From Octopus bimaculoides (lineage: Eukaryota), in contig NC_068982.1 of the NCBI RefSeq assembly GCF_001194135.2, forward strand, positions 173,772,110-173,836,109: DNA of 64,000 bases, read 5' to 3'. The notes beneath the pieces were generated by a model, which did not search any database, was not told the origin of the DNA, and saw only the letters and a program-made list of their open reading frames with translations. A program made the translations under genes and the position numbers. This document shows positions 38,044 to 52,439 of the stretch, piece by piece. How positions within the stretch are numbered: position 1 is the stretch's first letter; each line of letters begins with the position of its first letter.

Positions 38044-39879
38044 TTAGATATACAGAAGAATATGCTGTTTTTCATACTGACTCAAATATGCAAAATTGCA
38101 AACAGACTATGAACTGCATCAATCTCAAAATTTTGGAGGATCTATAAAAGCCATAAATATTACTTCCCCCTTTAGCTTTTGTATACAAAGACATAATTCT
38201 ATAATGCTTATATTTTCTTGTTTCAATACGTATAATCGGGAGGAACAGCTCACAGTTTTACTGGAGTCAAACACATTGTAAAATAAGTTGGAGAGAATCG
38301 CCGATTTTGTTTTTCTATGCAATCTTAGAGACAGACAATTGGAGGGCTAACATGCTGAAATCACGATTCATGGATTGCTTCAGTAGTAAGTAGTATTTCA
38401 CACAATAGATTTTGCCATGTAGCAGATTTGTGTAAACTTTGCTAAATGAAACTACTCACTAGATTTTAGTGTTAAATCGGACGATAGATTAATTCTACCA
38501 CCCCACAAAACACGTATTATCTATCTGACGGACTTCTACAGCCCTTTCTACTAAATTTCTGACACAAGGTTTATAATGACCCAAATCTCAGGTAGGAAAA
38601 AGAAACGTGTTGATGGTGCATAGCTGCGACATTGAGGCAAAGTAATACGGAACTGTCATGTTTGCATCAAAATCAAAATATCAGAATTACTGAGATTAAA
38701 CTCAAATCTTCATGAGTCAGAGATAACAAAATTAAGAAAGAGAAATCCTCACAAAGTGTGTTTTAAAAAGTTCTGGTGTGTTTGTCTTAATCATGCGAAA
38801 AACAATAGATACAGGAGCATTACAACTCAGGCTACTATTTTGTCGTACACTCTCACCTTTATCAGCAGTACTTCCATACGGTAATAAGCAGAGGAGTGAT
38901 AAAATCGTCTTCGAATAGTCTCAACAAACTTGGAATTATCAGACGAACCAGTAACTATTCCCAACTTAAAGTAAATAGAACCCAAATTATATGAACTTGT
39001 AATTCAATACTCTACATACTTGAGCGTTTCTTTCCTAATTATTTTGATATTATTTGTATTGGATGTCAATGAATCAAGCTGAAATTTTGATAATTGCAAA
39101 TGTTTAGTGCGTTTTGTAAATTTTGTTTGTTAGCCATCGAAATCAATACTTGACCTAATATTTAAAATTTTAACAAATGAAAATAAAGGAAATTTTCCCC
39201 TAAACTTGCGGTCGGTATTTGAATTAATTTTACTATTCTAACTGAAAAGTCGAATAAATATTTTCCTTATAAAACAATGATTGAAAGAGATATAGTTATC
39301 TTTCTGTAGTTTCTGAGAACAGTAGAAGAGAGACTGAACAAGTAAACAAACGCAAAAGTGATGCCTGCAATGTTTGATGGTTGGATATGCAGGATTGATA
39401 AAATGATCATAGTGTTCTAAACCGGAACAGTGGTAGTAAGAGAAAAAAAATAGCGTTAAATAATTCATAACTTAGGAAATTATGGTAGCCTTGCACTGTA
39501 GTAGATGAAAACTAGCATTAAATTATTCACAACTTATGGAAGACAGTTGGTATTTAACGTTGTAATCACAAAGAACCTGGAAAAGAGTCTTAGAACTGCA
39601 GAGAGTAGTTAACTTGAAAGAGGAAAATTTATTTCTTTCATTATATTTTTCCTACTTTTTTCTTTTTGTTTTAGACTTTCTATTTCATGTTTTCTTATGT
39701 AGTGGAGGAATCAAGAAAAACAGTCGGAAAATGCTGCTCTGACCTTTTCCATATAACTAGGTTACTAAGTGAACTGTTTAAAGTCACATCGTCATATTCG
39801 CACACACACAAACAAGCACGCACCCGCGCGCGTGCGCACACACACGATTATATAAATATCGAGAATTTGAAGGTTTATC

Positions 39880-40112
39880 TGATGGGCCACAGGTTAAGTG
39901 GTTATTGCAGACTAACAGTTTTTGGGGACTGTGTCCGACGTTGAAAAAAAAAAAGTATGGTATGTTTTTGCTGCAGTTGTGTCTGATTTCTTCAAAAACA
40001 GGAGGTTTTCAAATTATGGAGAACTTCTGCAAGCCCTGTTAACCAGTTTGCGAACATAGGCTGCACAATGAGTGTAAAAGTGCATTTCCTGCACAATCAT
40101 CTGAACCATGTT
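39880..40112 (+). mobile_element. DNA transposase fragment, probably CMC-Chapaev3 type
   Basis: Across frameshifts: GPQVKWLL..VWYVFAAVVSDFFKNRRFSNYGELLQALLTS..IGCTMSVKVHFLHNHL. This resembles the GPQI..W..F..V..FLGN..LGCNMSxKxHFLHSHL block as I recall it; the family name is from memory. Confidence 0.65.
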
Positions 40113-42180
40113 TTGAAAGGAAAAAGAAAAAGCACTGCTTCAGAACCAGGAAAATATAATGTTCTTGCTGAGAACACTGTTCACATGTTTTAAACATGCA
40201 TATTTCTGTCACTGAATTCTGAAATACTTCGGTTTTTATTGGCGACGGTTCTTAACTCAATAACAAGTTGTCAAGATCTTGTAGAGAGTAAATTTCTTGA
40301 AAGGTAGAGTGTTCTAATATCGAACTTCCAGAAAACAAAACCACATAATGTTATTTTCAGTAACAAATTAGTATTATCGTCCAACCAAATGTTCCAGCTG
40401 TAGTCACCTGACTTTAACTGGTATATTACATTCAGCATTAAATTGCTAAATCATTTTAGAGAGGAAAGTGTGTAAAACATATGAGGGACTTATAGCTGTT
40501 GTGTTTGATAAGAGGTTGTGGGACACGGTAGATGTCTATACGAAACATCAACATCGTAATAGTTACTTAAAGTTCTTGGCCATAGGCATTAAGCAGGGCT
40601 GATGACGGGATACAAGACAGCTAGGAAAATAGTTTACTTCTGTGCCCGGCAACCCAGCTATCCACATTGAATATATGATGAATATAAATTAGTTTTAAAA
40701 GGAACTTTCAAACTTATAAGATATGCAACTTAAATGCAGTCAGAATGTTCTTAACGTAATGTAGATGTATGTGCAGTTGAAGCTAGTAGTGTCCATCCCT
40801 CTTTTATTAAGGGCAATGGCGAAAGTAATTGAAAAGTGTCTTTCTTAGACACGAGCTATAAATTATCCGGTCATAGCACTAAAGGCACTCTTGAGATTAA
40901 AGAATATGGTACGTGATATATCTTTTGCTAGACAACATATTAATTGAATAAGCTGCACGAAGATGTATAAACACTGCATAGATACATACGAACAGTAAGT
41001 GTTACGCACACACTGAGCGTAATTCTATGTGCGGAAAAGATAGACAGACAAACAGACAGAGAGACAAAGACAGAAAGGGAATCAAAGGGTGTAAGAGAAA
41101 AAAGCATGTGTACATACAAGAAAGTATTTTAATGTTTCACTGCATTTTTGCATGTATTTATAATGCATATTTAAACGAATATACTTCTATAAATAAACGC
41201 GTGCACACAGTCATACATACACACGCGCATATATATATATATANNNNNNNNNNNNNNNNNNNNNNNNNNNNNNNNNNNNNNNNNNNNNNNNNNNNNNNNN
41301 NNNNNNNNNNNNNNNNNNNNNNNNNNNNNNNNNNNNNNNNNNNNNNNNNNNNNNNNNNNNNNNNNNNNNNNNNNNNNNNNNNNNNNNNNNNNNNNNNNNN
41401 NNNNNNNNNNNNNNNNNNNNNNNNNNNNNNNNNNNNNNNNNNNNNNNNNNNNNNNNNNNNNNNNNNNNNNNNNNNNNNNNNNNNNNNNNNNNNNNNNNNN
41501 NNNNNNNNNNNNNNNNNNNNNNNNNNNNNNNNNNNNNNNNNNNNNNNNNNNNNNNNNNNNNNNNNNNNNNNNNNNNNNNNNNNNNNNNNNNNNNNNNNNN
41601 NNNNNNNNNNNNNNNNNNNNNNNNNNNNNNNNNNNNNNNNNNNNNNNNNNNNNNNNNNNNNNNNNNNNNNNNNNNNNNNNNNNNNNNNNNNNNNNNNNNN
41701 NNNNNNNNNNNNNNNNNNNNNNNNNNNNNNNNNNNNNNNNNNNNNNNNNNNNNNNNNNNNNNNNNNNNNNNNNNNNNNNNNNNNNNNNNNNNNNNNNNNN
41801 NNNNNNNNNNNNNNNNNNNNNNNNNNNNNNNNNNNNNNNNNNNNNNNNNNNNNNNNNNNNNNNNNNNNNNNNNNNNNNNAGAGAGAGAGAGAGAGATGCT
41901 TATTTTCATATGGAGGGTCTAGTCTACTTTCATCGTGTTATTGTGTCTGCGTACCTAGATGTACCCATGCCTGTGTTAAACATATTTCTATAAACGCTTC
42001 CATAGGCTATTTTGGAGCTCGTTTCACATAGAACGCTTTTTCTTTTTATATCATACGCATATATCTATGTATGTGCGTGTGTGTTTGCGTGTTTGTGCAT
42101 GTGTGTGTGTCTGTTTGTTTGTCAGTGATTGTACCAAATGTCATGTATAAATTCGAATTGTTATACAGAAGTTCAATAAG

Positions 42181-43012
42181 TAATATTTTGTCCTCGATAT
42201 ATAAGATGGCGTTTACGACAGATTAATGACAATATCCCGTTTTTGAAACATCTTACCCTCAGATTTAAAATGCCATCAGTTGAATCCACAGAAGAAAAAA
42301 CTTAAATTCTAAAATCAAAATACAATTACCGCACTCATAACATCAATTGCAATTCTTTTTCTGGTACTATTTTATCGACCTCCGACTTTGAACTATAGGT
42401 GAGATTAGAACTCAGAAAACAAAAGGATATAAATAATTTCCCACAAATTTTGTTTCCGACGCTTTACAGATTCTGTCATCAATCCGTCGAAGTTAGCGCA
42501 CGCGCACACACATTTATGCATGCATGCATGCATATACATATACTTTATGTGTGTGTGTATGTATGCATGTGTGTTGTATATGATATGTCTGTGTGTTATT
42601 GTTGAAGAGAAATTTGGAAGTCGCACGATGCAATTTCAATAAAACAGAGTTTTGTTGATTGTTTTTGATTCTATTACGAGCTAAAATATCTATTTCAAAT
42701 GATGTATTAGAAGAAAGACAATGAAAACAATTTATCAACTGCCAACTATGGAGACAGACAAGAAAATGATCGACTACAAATAATATTCGGAAATTACCGC
42801 CGAGCTGTCGCTGCAGCGTTTTATCAGTGACACCCGCGAATATGAATTATAAAAAAAAAAATTCTTCTATAATATTTTGTCCTCGAGATATAAGATGGCG
42901 TTTACGATAGATTAATGACAATATCCTGTTTTTGAAACATCTTACTCTCAGATTTAAAATGCCATCAGTTGAATCCCAAAAATTTTTTTAAATCCTAAAA
43001 TCAAAATATAAT
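42181..43012 (+). repeat. Direct repeat pair of about 145 bp (42181-42326 and 42870-43012)
   Basis: taatattttgtcctcga..aagatggcgtttacga..gatttaaaatgccatcagttgaatcc..ctaaaatcaaaata occurs in both; offset 689 bp. Confidence 0.92.
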
Positions 43013-45373
43013 GTAAAGAAGACAATAATACCGTTTTATCACAATTACACTCCATTGCTTTGCTACTTCTGTGACAACTCATATACAAATTGCTTCTATA
43101 GCGTATTTATTTATACAAATATAATATGGTGGAATGTTTCAGTCAAGATCTCAGTGAAAAGCGAGTGTGAGATATTGTAGTCTGGATGGAGAAAGTAATT
43201 GTGCGCAATAGTGAAAAGGCTGTTGCCTAGTAGCTGTTAGCATAATGTTAAAGATTTAGTGTGCATTAATACCGAGCTGCACTTGGACCATGCATCCCTA
43301 TTTTGTAGCTATAATAATTGGAAAATTAGGATACTTATTTGCTCCAGTGTGAATCTTGAGAAACTGAGCTCCCCACCCTAAAAAATAAGCAAAAAAAAAC
43401 CCCAGAAAGATAATTAAAAATGAAGAAATTGAAGTCATAAACCATTGTAAAAATATATAAACCGTTCCAGACGTTCAGTGTGTAGTAAAATCATATACAA
43501 AACGTGTAGATATACAAATATATTTGATATGTATAGACATGCATAAATCTAAAGATATAGATCCGTACATGTAACGATATACATGTTTATACACAAGCAT
43601 AATTTTGCTTATAAACACGTAAAGCTATGCTTCAATGCATATATGTGTACATTCTTATATACAAACATAAATAAATTTATTAATTAGTTAATTAATTCCT
43701 GACTATTTTGTTATGCTCACTAAATTGCAATGAAATGTATTGCTTCTGATTTAGAAACCGATTCCTTTTCCATTCGTAAGAAAATCGAAAAATTAATATA
43801 TTCATACATACATACATAAACACACACAAAGACTCACACGCGCACCCACACATACATATGAAAACAGTACGAAACTATTCTTCATGTAGCCAATTTGAAA
43901 GAATATAGGGTATTTTGTTATTTTTCTTCTTTGTTTGTCTAATTTTTATTTAATCTCACTGAAAGATGATACAGAAATAGAATATTATTTTCTGATATGG
44001 AGGTCACCTGTCGTAGTGATAATTTTTATACTTCACCTTTGCAGAACATTTCGACAGAAGGCTACAACGACAACTTGGCTTTAATTTCCGAATTTCTATA
44101 AATTCGAACGCTTCAAACTTACCTCGATAGATGATGCTTGAACGTTTATCTCTTGTCTCTGTCTTAATATATCATTTTAAGTGAATGTGTTATAACGATA
44201 TTTACACCGAAAACAAACAAAAATCTCTGATTAAATTTGCATGATATGACTGTTGGACTTCATAAACAGTCAGTGGTTTATATGATTTAAAAATACATCT
44301 ATTCTTGTTTATTTCTGACTCATTCATCTCTGATCCAGGACAGCAGTGCACGCTCAAATGTGAACCATGTTACGCTTATCACGAATTGACTTCTGATAAC
44401 ACGGGATGGCAATCATTCAAAGACTATACTTATAATAATAATTTTCAGTTATTATTTTTTTTTTACAGTTGGGAGGTATCATTAGGCTAAGTTTCCTCCA
44501 GTCATGGTCATTTTCGTCTTCTGAAAATGTGCTGCGTCGATATCTAACGTACTCAGTATTGTTAACCATGTCAGCACATGTGATGCGACAAACCTTAGCG
44601 AAAAAAATGTCATGTACTAACAGTGCTCTTACAAAGTCTCGCCATTTCACAGTTGCGCTGCCTAAGGGTGTCATCGATCTATTTGCACAGCTGGGTTTAC
44701 TTCCAATGTCATCGATCTCTAGCCTCTGAAATTCATTAATCCTGATGAAGTGCTTATGACTCCAATATTTCGGATTGTGTTTCATTAATTCGTATTCAGA
44801 TGCATACTTTAAATTACAGACGCATACATACATAGTGCACACAGATGCACACAAATATGCATAGATACATTCGCACGCATGCACACACACATATATCCTT
44901 GTGTGTTTGCTCGTAAATACAAGGCTTATAGTGACAGAGTAAAGTACTCAACACTTCAGTAATTAGAGTGTGTTTTTCTTTATTTAGTGAGTAGTTTACA
45001 GAATTTATACTGTTTCGAATATTAAGTGAATTTGATCACAAGTACGATAATCGATTTGGATGTATACTTTAATTTCTTGAATGAGAATATACGTAGCAGT
45101 AAGAATTTCTCAATAGGTGTAAATAATAAAAAGGGGTAGTGAGTATGTAGCTGCTAATCAATCTGCACCAATATATTGTGATCCAGTTGTGTTTGGCCAG
45201 CATGCTATGACCGCCATACTAACTACCATGCTATGACCACCATGTGACTACCATTGTATTACTACCTTACTGACTACAGAATATTTGATAAGATATCACT
45301 TCAGCTATTGGTTATCAAATATTTGCAATCCAGTGATCGGGACAATCGTTGACATTCATCCCTACATACAGGA

Positions 45374-45410
<37 letters not shown>

Positions 45411-45465
45411 AATGTATGGATGCAATATATGAATATGCATTGCATGTGTGTGTACGTATGCATAT

Positions 45466-45507
<42 letters not shown>

Positions 45508-45649
45508 GTATGTGTATTTCGTGTGCAAGATTCTTGATGTGGATACGTGTGTTGAAAGAAATACAATTAAACCTTGGGAGAGGCATTATGCCGGTAATAA
45601 ACACACGCACTGGTTCAGTCCTTTATTAATTTAATTTATATAGTTTTTT

Positions 45650-46538
45650 GTTAAATTATTTCATTGCACTCTTGCAATCTCTTCAGTAACTTGTCTCTCC
45701 ACNNNNNNNNNNNNNNNNNNNNNNNNNNNNNNNNNNNNNNNNNNNNNNNNNNNNNNNNNNNNNNNNNNNNNNNNNNNNNNNNNNNNNNNNNNNNNNNNNN
45801 NNNNNNNNNNNNNNNNNNNNNNNNNNNNNNNNNNNNNNNNNNNNNNNNNNNNNNNNNNNNNNNNNNNNNNNNNNNNNNNNNNNNNNNNNNNNNNNNNNNN
45901 NNNNNNNNNNNNNNNNNNNNNNNNNNNNNNNNNNNNNNNNNNNNNNNNNNNNNNNNNNNNNNNNNNNNNNNNNNNNNNNNNNNNNNNNNNNNNNNNNNNN
46001 NNNNNNNNNNNNNNNNNNNNNNNNNNNNNNNNNNNNNNNNNNNNNNNNNNNNNNNNNNNNNNNNNNNNNNNNNNNNNNNNNNNNNNNNNNNNNNNNNNNN
46101 NNNNNNNNNNNNNNNNNNNNNNNNNNNNNNNNNNNNNNNNNNNNNTGATCTCCCTGGTTTTTCTATAACATTTATCCTCAACTTGGTACTTTTGAGGATT
46201 TTTCGAAATCTGCGGGCCAGTTCTCCGTGTGGCGTGGCGTCCACAAACATTACTCCCTGGAACTTGTCGGTATTGTACCACGTGGTCTTTTTGTTTGTTT
46301 TGTCACTAATCCTCTGTAGTCTATTCCACTGTTTGTTACGGTATCTAGGTTGTGTTCCATTTGTATCTTTGACAACAATCTCCTCAAATTTCTTGTTAGC
46401 TCCTCTGTATACCCGGATTCTATCTTTCTGGCTGTATCCCGAAATTTGCATGCGATGCATGAAGACTTGAATATGTTTTTGCTCCTCCCATGGATCGCAC
46501 AGGGGGGGATATGTTTTTCATTATTCTAACCAAATCGG

Positions 46539-46540
<2 letters not shown>
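45650..46540 (-). mobile_element. Second Penelope-like element fragment (post-RT region to endonuclease end; the gap hides the middle)
   Basis: ADLVRIMKN..FMHRMQISGYSQKDR..WY..GVMFVDATPHGELARRFRKIL..INVIEKPGRS, then ERQVTEEI after the gap. Confidence 0.72.
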
Positions 46541-46603
<63 letters not shown>

Positions 46604-46686
46604 CACACACACATGTATATATATACATTATATACATTATAAATACATATTATATATAAATATATATATATATGTGTGTGTGTGTG

Positions 46687-46845
46687 TGGCTGTGTGGTAA
46701 GTAGCTTCCTTACGAACCACATGACTCCAGGATCAGTCGCACTGCGTTGCACCTTGGGCAAGTGTTTCTTTTATACCCTCGGACCGACCAAAGCCTTCTG
46801 AATTTATTTGGTAGACGGAAACCGAAAGAAGTCCGTCGTATATAT
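46687..46845 (+). mobile_element. SINE family C, 5' half
   Basis: tggctgtgtggtaagtagc, caccttgggcaagtg and ggtagacggaaaccgaaagaagtccgtcgtata. Confidence 0.88.
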
Positions 46846-46922
46846 GTATCATATATATATATAATATGTATATGTATATATGTATATGTACCTATTTATC
46901 TATCTATCTATCCATCTGTCTG

Positions 46923-46958
<36 letters not shown>

Positions 46959-47204
46959 GTGGAGGGAAGGTACGACGACGATCTCGGGGCGAATCTGGGC
47001 GTCGACGAGGAATACCTGACCCGCCTGTTTAAGACGACCTTCAGGCCGGGACCTATGGACAACTTCCAGAGATCCCTGGCCTGGCAGTGCTATCGAGAAG
47101 CTCTACCCGTTCGGGATAAGCTCTACAGGCATGGCTCGAGAAACACGGGGCCGACCTGTCCGAGATGCAGGCGGACCGACGAAACCGTTCTGCACGCACT
47201 CGTG
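46959..47204 (+). mobile_element. L1/Tx1-type LINE ORF2 C-terminal fragment (zf-RVT)
   Basis: Uninterrupted frame ..RSLAWQCYREALPVRDKLYRHGSRNTGPTCPRCRRTDETVLHALV that runs into a gap; GC- and CpG-rich. Confidence 0.82.
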
Positions 47205-47629
47205 NNNNNNNNNNNNNNNNNNNNNNNNNNNNNNNNNNNNNNNNNNNNNNNNNNNNNNNNNNNNNNNNNNNNNNNNNNNNNNNNNNNNNNNNNNNNNNNN
47301 NNNNNNNNNNNNNNNNNNNNNNNNNNNNNNNNNNNNNNNNNNNNNNNNNNNNNNNNNNNNNNNNNNNNNNNNNNNNNNNNNNNNNNNNNNNNNNNNNNNN
47401 NNNNNNNNNNNNNNNNNNNNNNNNNNNNNNNNNNNNNNNNNNNNNNNNNNNNNNNNNNNNNNNNNNNNNNNNNNNNNNNNNNNNNNNNNNNNNNNNNNNN
47501 NNNNNNNNNNNNNNNNNNNNNNNNNNNNNNNNNNNNNNNNNNNNNNNNNNNNNNNNNNNNNNNNNNNNNNNNNNNNNNNNNNNNNNNNNNNNNNNNNNNN
47601 NNNNNNNNNNNNNNNNNNNNNNNNNNNNN

Positions 47630-47667
<38 letters not shown>

Positions 47668-47668
47668 G

Positions 47669-47709
<41 letters not shown>

Positions 47710-48263
47710 TGTGCGTACGTGTGCGTGCGCGCGCGCACATACATTCATACTTACACACTCACAAACACACACAGGCTTAAATTGCGTGGCAAAGAACCAG
47801 TATTTAGATCTCCGTGTGTATTTCTGCTTGTACGTTGTGATTATATCCTTTGTTATGAAATCTGAGTTTGTGTTACACAGAGTACATGTAGAAAACATGA
47901 GAGATTGTTTATAAGATATTTACTTACACCATCTTACGGACGTGTCATTTACATACAATGCTTATTAGTTACGTAACATAAATGACAAAATAATGATTTT
48001 GAAATCGTCAGAGACGGTTAATATCTATACGTAACATTGGATTCGCAAGATAACAGAATAAATCATCGCAGAGATGGGTAGCACGATGGTGAATTCTTCC
48101 CTCTTTTCAATCCACTAATGTTTCTGAAGATTTGACAATAAGTCTTGATTATGTAATTTACATTATATGGACAATAACATTTCCAATTGGCATCGTGAGC
48201 TATATCTCTGTCTTTTTCTCGCGATATAATATACTAGACATATATATATACATACATACATAC

Positions 48264-48303
<40 letters not shown>

Positions 48304-48973
48304 TACTCTGTTTATATGCGAGCAAAAGAGATAAATTTACACAAACAGTTAAAGTTGCTTTGGCGATGTGAACTGGATACGCTTTTGGCGAACATTGACA
48401 AAACGGTCGAAACAAAACACTGGACTATTAAGTATCACTTTAAACCATTTATATATTAGAGACAATACTTATATCTGGACAACGAGAGTACGTCTACGTA
48501 GCAGCTCATTTTACTTGATATAGCAGCCAGGTCTCTCTCACTACACACACATACACATATTATATATATATATATATNNNNNNNNNNNNNNNNNNNNNNN
48601 NNNNNNNNNNNNNNNNNNNNNNNNNNNNNNNNNNNNNNNNNNNNNNNNNNNNNNNNNNNNNNNNNNNNNNNNNNNNNNNNNNNNNNNNNNNNNNNNNNNN
48701 NNNNNNNNNNNNNNNNNNNNNNNNNNNNNNNNNNNNNNNNNNNNNNNNNNNNNNNNNNNNNNNNNNNNNNNNNNNNNNNNNNNNNNNNNNNNNNNNNNNN
48801 NNNNNNNNNNNNNNNNNNNNNNNNNNNNNNNNNNNNNNNNNNNNNNNNNNNNNNNNNNNNNNNNNNNNNNNNNNNNNNNNNNNNATATATATATATATAA
48901 ACGCGCACACACACACATATCTATATGTCACAATGTCATATAATGAGACAGAAAGACAAAGAAACAGACAGAC

Positions 48974-49011
<38 letters not shown>

Positions 49012-50384
49012 AGTTAAGAAATGGTATAAGAGTGTTAGAAATGTGAGTGAATGAGTGAATGAGTGAGTGAATGAATGAGTGAGTGAGTGAGTGACTGACT
49101 GACTGAGTGACAGGCTGAATAAGTGAGAAAGAGAATGAGAGAAACAAAGAGGGAGAGAGAGGGAGAACAACACATTGAAAGAAAGGTCGAAAATACAAGA
49201 AAGGGGTGATGAACTACATTCGTCTTCCCCCGCCTCTTTTATCGTATTCTACCAACAATTTTTGCTAATGATGCAATCTAACACCAACCAGCAAAGCCGT
49301 AGTAATAGCAAGGTGTAAATATAAATAATATAGTCATAACGCTTGTATACATAAACAGCCTCGTCTCAGATGTTACTTGGTACAGTCGGTCTCTTAAACT
49401 GACATCTGTCACACATCACGACTAGAGCTGTGAATGTGCGCTTATCTCAATGTGTATATTGTGCACGTATATATATATATATATATATATNNNNNNNNNN
49501 NNNNNNNNNNNNNNNNNNNNNNNNNNNNNNNNNNNNNNNNNNNNNNNNNNNNNNNNNNNNNNNNNNNNNNNNNNNNNNNNNNNNNNNNNNNNNNNNNNNN
49601 NNNNNNNNNNNNNNNNNNNNNNNNNNNNNNNNNNNNNNNNNNNNNNNNNNNNNNNNNNNNNNNNNNNNNNNNNNNNNNNNNNNNNNNNNNNNNNNNNNNN
49701 NNNNNNNNNNNNNNNNNNNNNNNNNNNNNNNNNNNNNNNNNNNNNNNNNNNNNNNNNNNNNNNNNNNNNNNNNNNNNNNNNNNNNNNNNNNNNNNNNNNN
49801 NNNNNNNNNNNNNNNNNNNNNNNNNNNNNNNNNNNNNNNNNNNNNNNNNNNNNNNNNNNNNNNNNNNNNNNNNNNNNNNNNNNNNNNNNNNNNNNNNNNN
49901 NNNNNNNNNNNNNNNNNNNNNNNNNNNNNNNNNNNNNNNNNNNNNNNNNNNNNNNNNNNNNNNNNNNNNNNNNNNNNNNNNNNNNNNNNNNNNNNNNNNN
50001 NNNNNNNNNNNNNNNNNNNNNNNNNNNNNNNNNNNNNNNNNNNNNNNNNNNNNNNNNNNNNNNNNNNNNNNNNNNNNNNNNNNNNNNNNNNNNNNNNNNN
50101 NNNNNNNNNNNNNNNNNNNNNNNNNNNNNNNNNNNNNNNNNNNNNNNNNNNNNNNNNNNNNNNNNNNNNNNNNNNNNNNNNNNNNNNNNNNNNNNNNNNN
50201 NNNNNNNNNNNNNNNNNNNNNNNNNNNNNNNNNNNNNNNNNNNNNNNNNNNNNNNNNNNNNNNNNNNNNNNNNNNNNNNNNNNNNNNNNNNNNNNNNNNN
50301 NNNNNNNNNNNNNNNNNNNNNNNNNNNNNNNNNNNNNNNNNNNNNNNNNNNNNNNNNNNNNNNNNNNNNNNNNNNNNNNNNNNN

Positions 50385-50437
<53 letters not shown>

Positions 50438-50439
50438 GT

Positions 50440-50815
50440 GTTTCGAAGATTGCTGCAACAACAGATGCAAATGCAATCGCAAGAAAAACAGTTACAAGAA
50501 CTGCGATCATCTTTTTTCTCATCTCCTCCTGCCACACCTCATCCTTCTCGTCCTGCCCCCGCCTCTTCTACGTCTTTCTCCTCGTTTTCATTACCATCAA
50601 CCTCAGCAGCAGCAGCACCGGTATTTTTTTTTTTTTTTTTTTTTTTTTGTATTAGAGACAGCAATAACAACAACTTTAATAGAAACAACAATAGGAAGGT
50701 CAGCAACAGCAGTAACAACTGCAGTAACATTATAAACAAGCATAGTAACGATAACAACAAGAACAACAACAACAGTAACAGCATTACAGTAAGGAGCGAA
50801 CATAAACAGCAACAA
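50440..50815. repeat. Mixed trinucleotide low-complexity tract (CAA/TCC/AAC) with poly-T
   Basis: Visible periodicity; the Q/S/N-rich translations are artefacts. Confidence 0.8.
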
Positions 50816-50862
50816 ATTTGTGGCATCATGGTCTTCCATATATCATGGCATTTCTAACCATA

Positions 50863-50945
<83 letters not shown>

Positions 50946-51205
50946 TGTAACGGGTACATGAAAGCACTGTTGCTAACTAATCTGAAACTTTTTGTTTATA
51001 TATATGTATACGTACATATATGCATACATACATATATATAAATATATATATACATATATATATATGCATACATACATGCATGCATGCATATTTCTTTCCA
51101 TATATAAGCGAACGTGTGCATGAGCATTTATGAGTGTATATACGTATGCATATGTGTATAAATGTGTGTGAGCATGCGCGTACGGGATTTTGTACGAGTA
51201 CGTGC

Positions 51206-51254
<49 letters not shown>

Positions 51255-51615
51255 TGAGAAAGAGAGACAGAATAGAGAGAGAAATAGAGAGGGAGAGGGA
51301 GAGAGAGTGTGCACATTGGTTATCGTAGACCAAAATGAACGACCCGAAGAATAAACAACCCCTGGTTAGTATTATGATATTCTAGTTTCATGAAGGCCAG
51401 AACAGCTGATGTTGTTTATTATCATTTCTCCTGGCAAGACAGACATGTGAATACGTGTGTCTGTGTATCTGTGCGTGCCTGTATGCCTCTGTGTTTATGA
51501 AGGGTGTGTGTATATATATATACAAATATTTCTATATATATTTTTATATATGTGCATATGTGTGTGCGTATGTGTAGATATATAAAAAATATAAATATAT
51601 GTAAGTGTTTATATA

Positions 51616-51657
<42 letters not shown>

Positions 51658-52021
51658 NNNNNNNNNNNNNNNNNNNNNNNNNNNNNNNNNNNNNNNNNNN
51701 NNNNNNNNNNNNNNNNNNNNNNNNNNNNNNNNNNNNNNNNNNNNNNNNNNNNNNNNNNNNNNNNNNNNNNNNNNNNNNNNNNNNNNNNNNNNNNNNNNNN
51801 NNNNNNNNNNNNNNNNNNNNNNNNNNNNNNNNNNNNNNNNNNNNNNNNNNNNNNNNNNNNNNNNNNNNNNNNNNNNNNNNNNNNNNNNNNNNNNNNNNNN
51901 NNNNNNNNNNNNNNNNNNNNNNNNNNNNNNNNNNNNNNNNNNNNNNNNNNNNNNNNNNNNNNNNNNNNNNNNNNNNNNNNNNNNNNNNNNNNNNNNNNNN
52001 NNNNNNNNNNNNNNNNNNNTA

Positions 52022-52056
<35 letters not shown>

Positions 52057-52301
52057 ATATATATATGTATAAATATATGTGTATATATATATGTGTGTGT
52101 GTGTGTGTGTATGTGTGTGTGTGTGTGTATGCGTATGTGTATGTGTATACATATATATATATACATACATACATATGCGAAGTTACATAGTGACTTAAGG
52201 ACTCTGAGTCTGATTGATGCCACACGTGAAACTTTCGGTTCTTGAGTCACTTGTAATTGCTGGCTTGAGTGTTATCTGCCCCGATTGTAGTACCAATAAC
52301 T

Positions 52302-52417
<116 letters not shown>

Positions 52418-52439
52418 TCTCTCTCTCTCCGTATTTATA

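Noticed and set aside
40595-40650. CTGATGA..GAAA pair resembling a hammerhead
   Set aside because: No stem I or stem II pairing and only a weak stem III.
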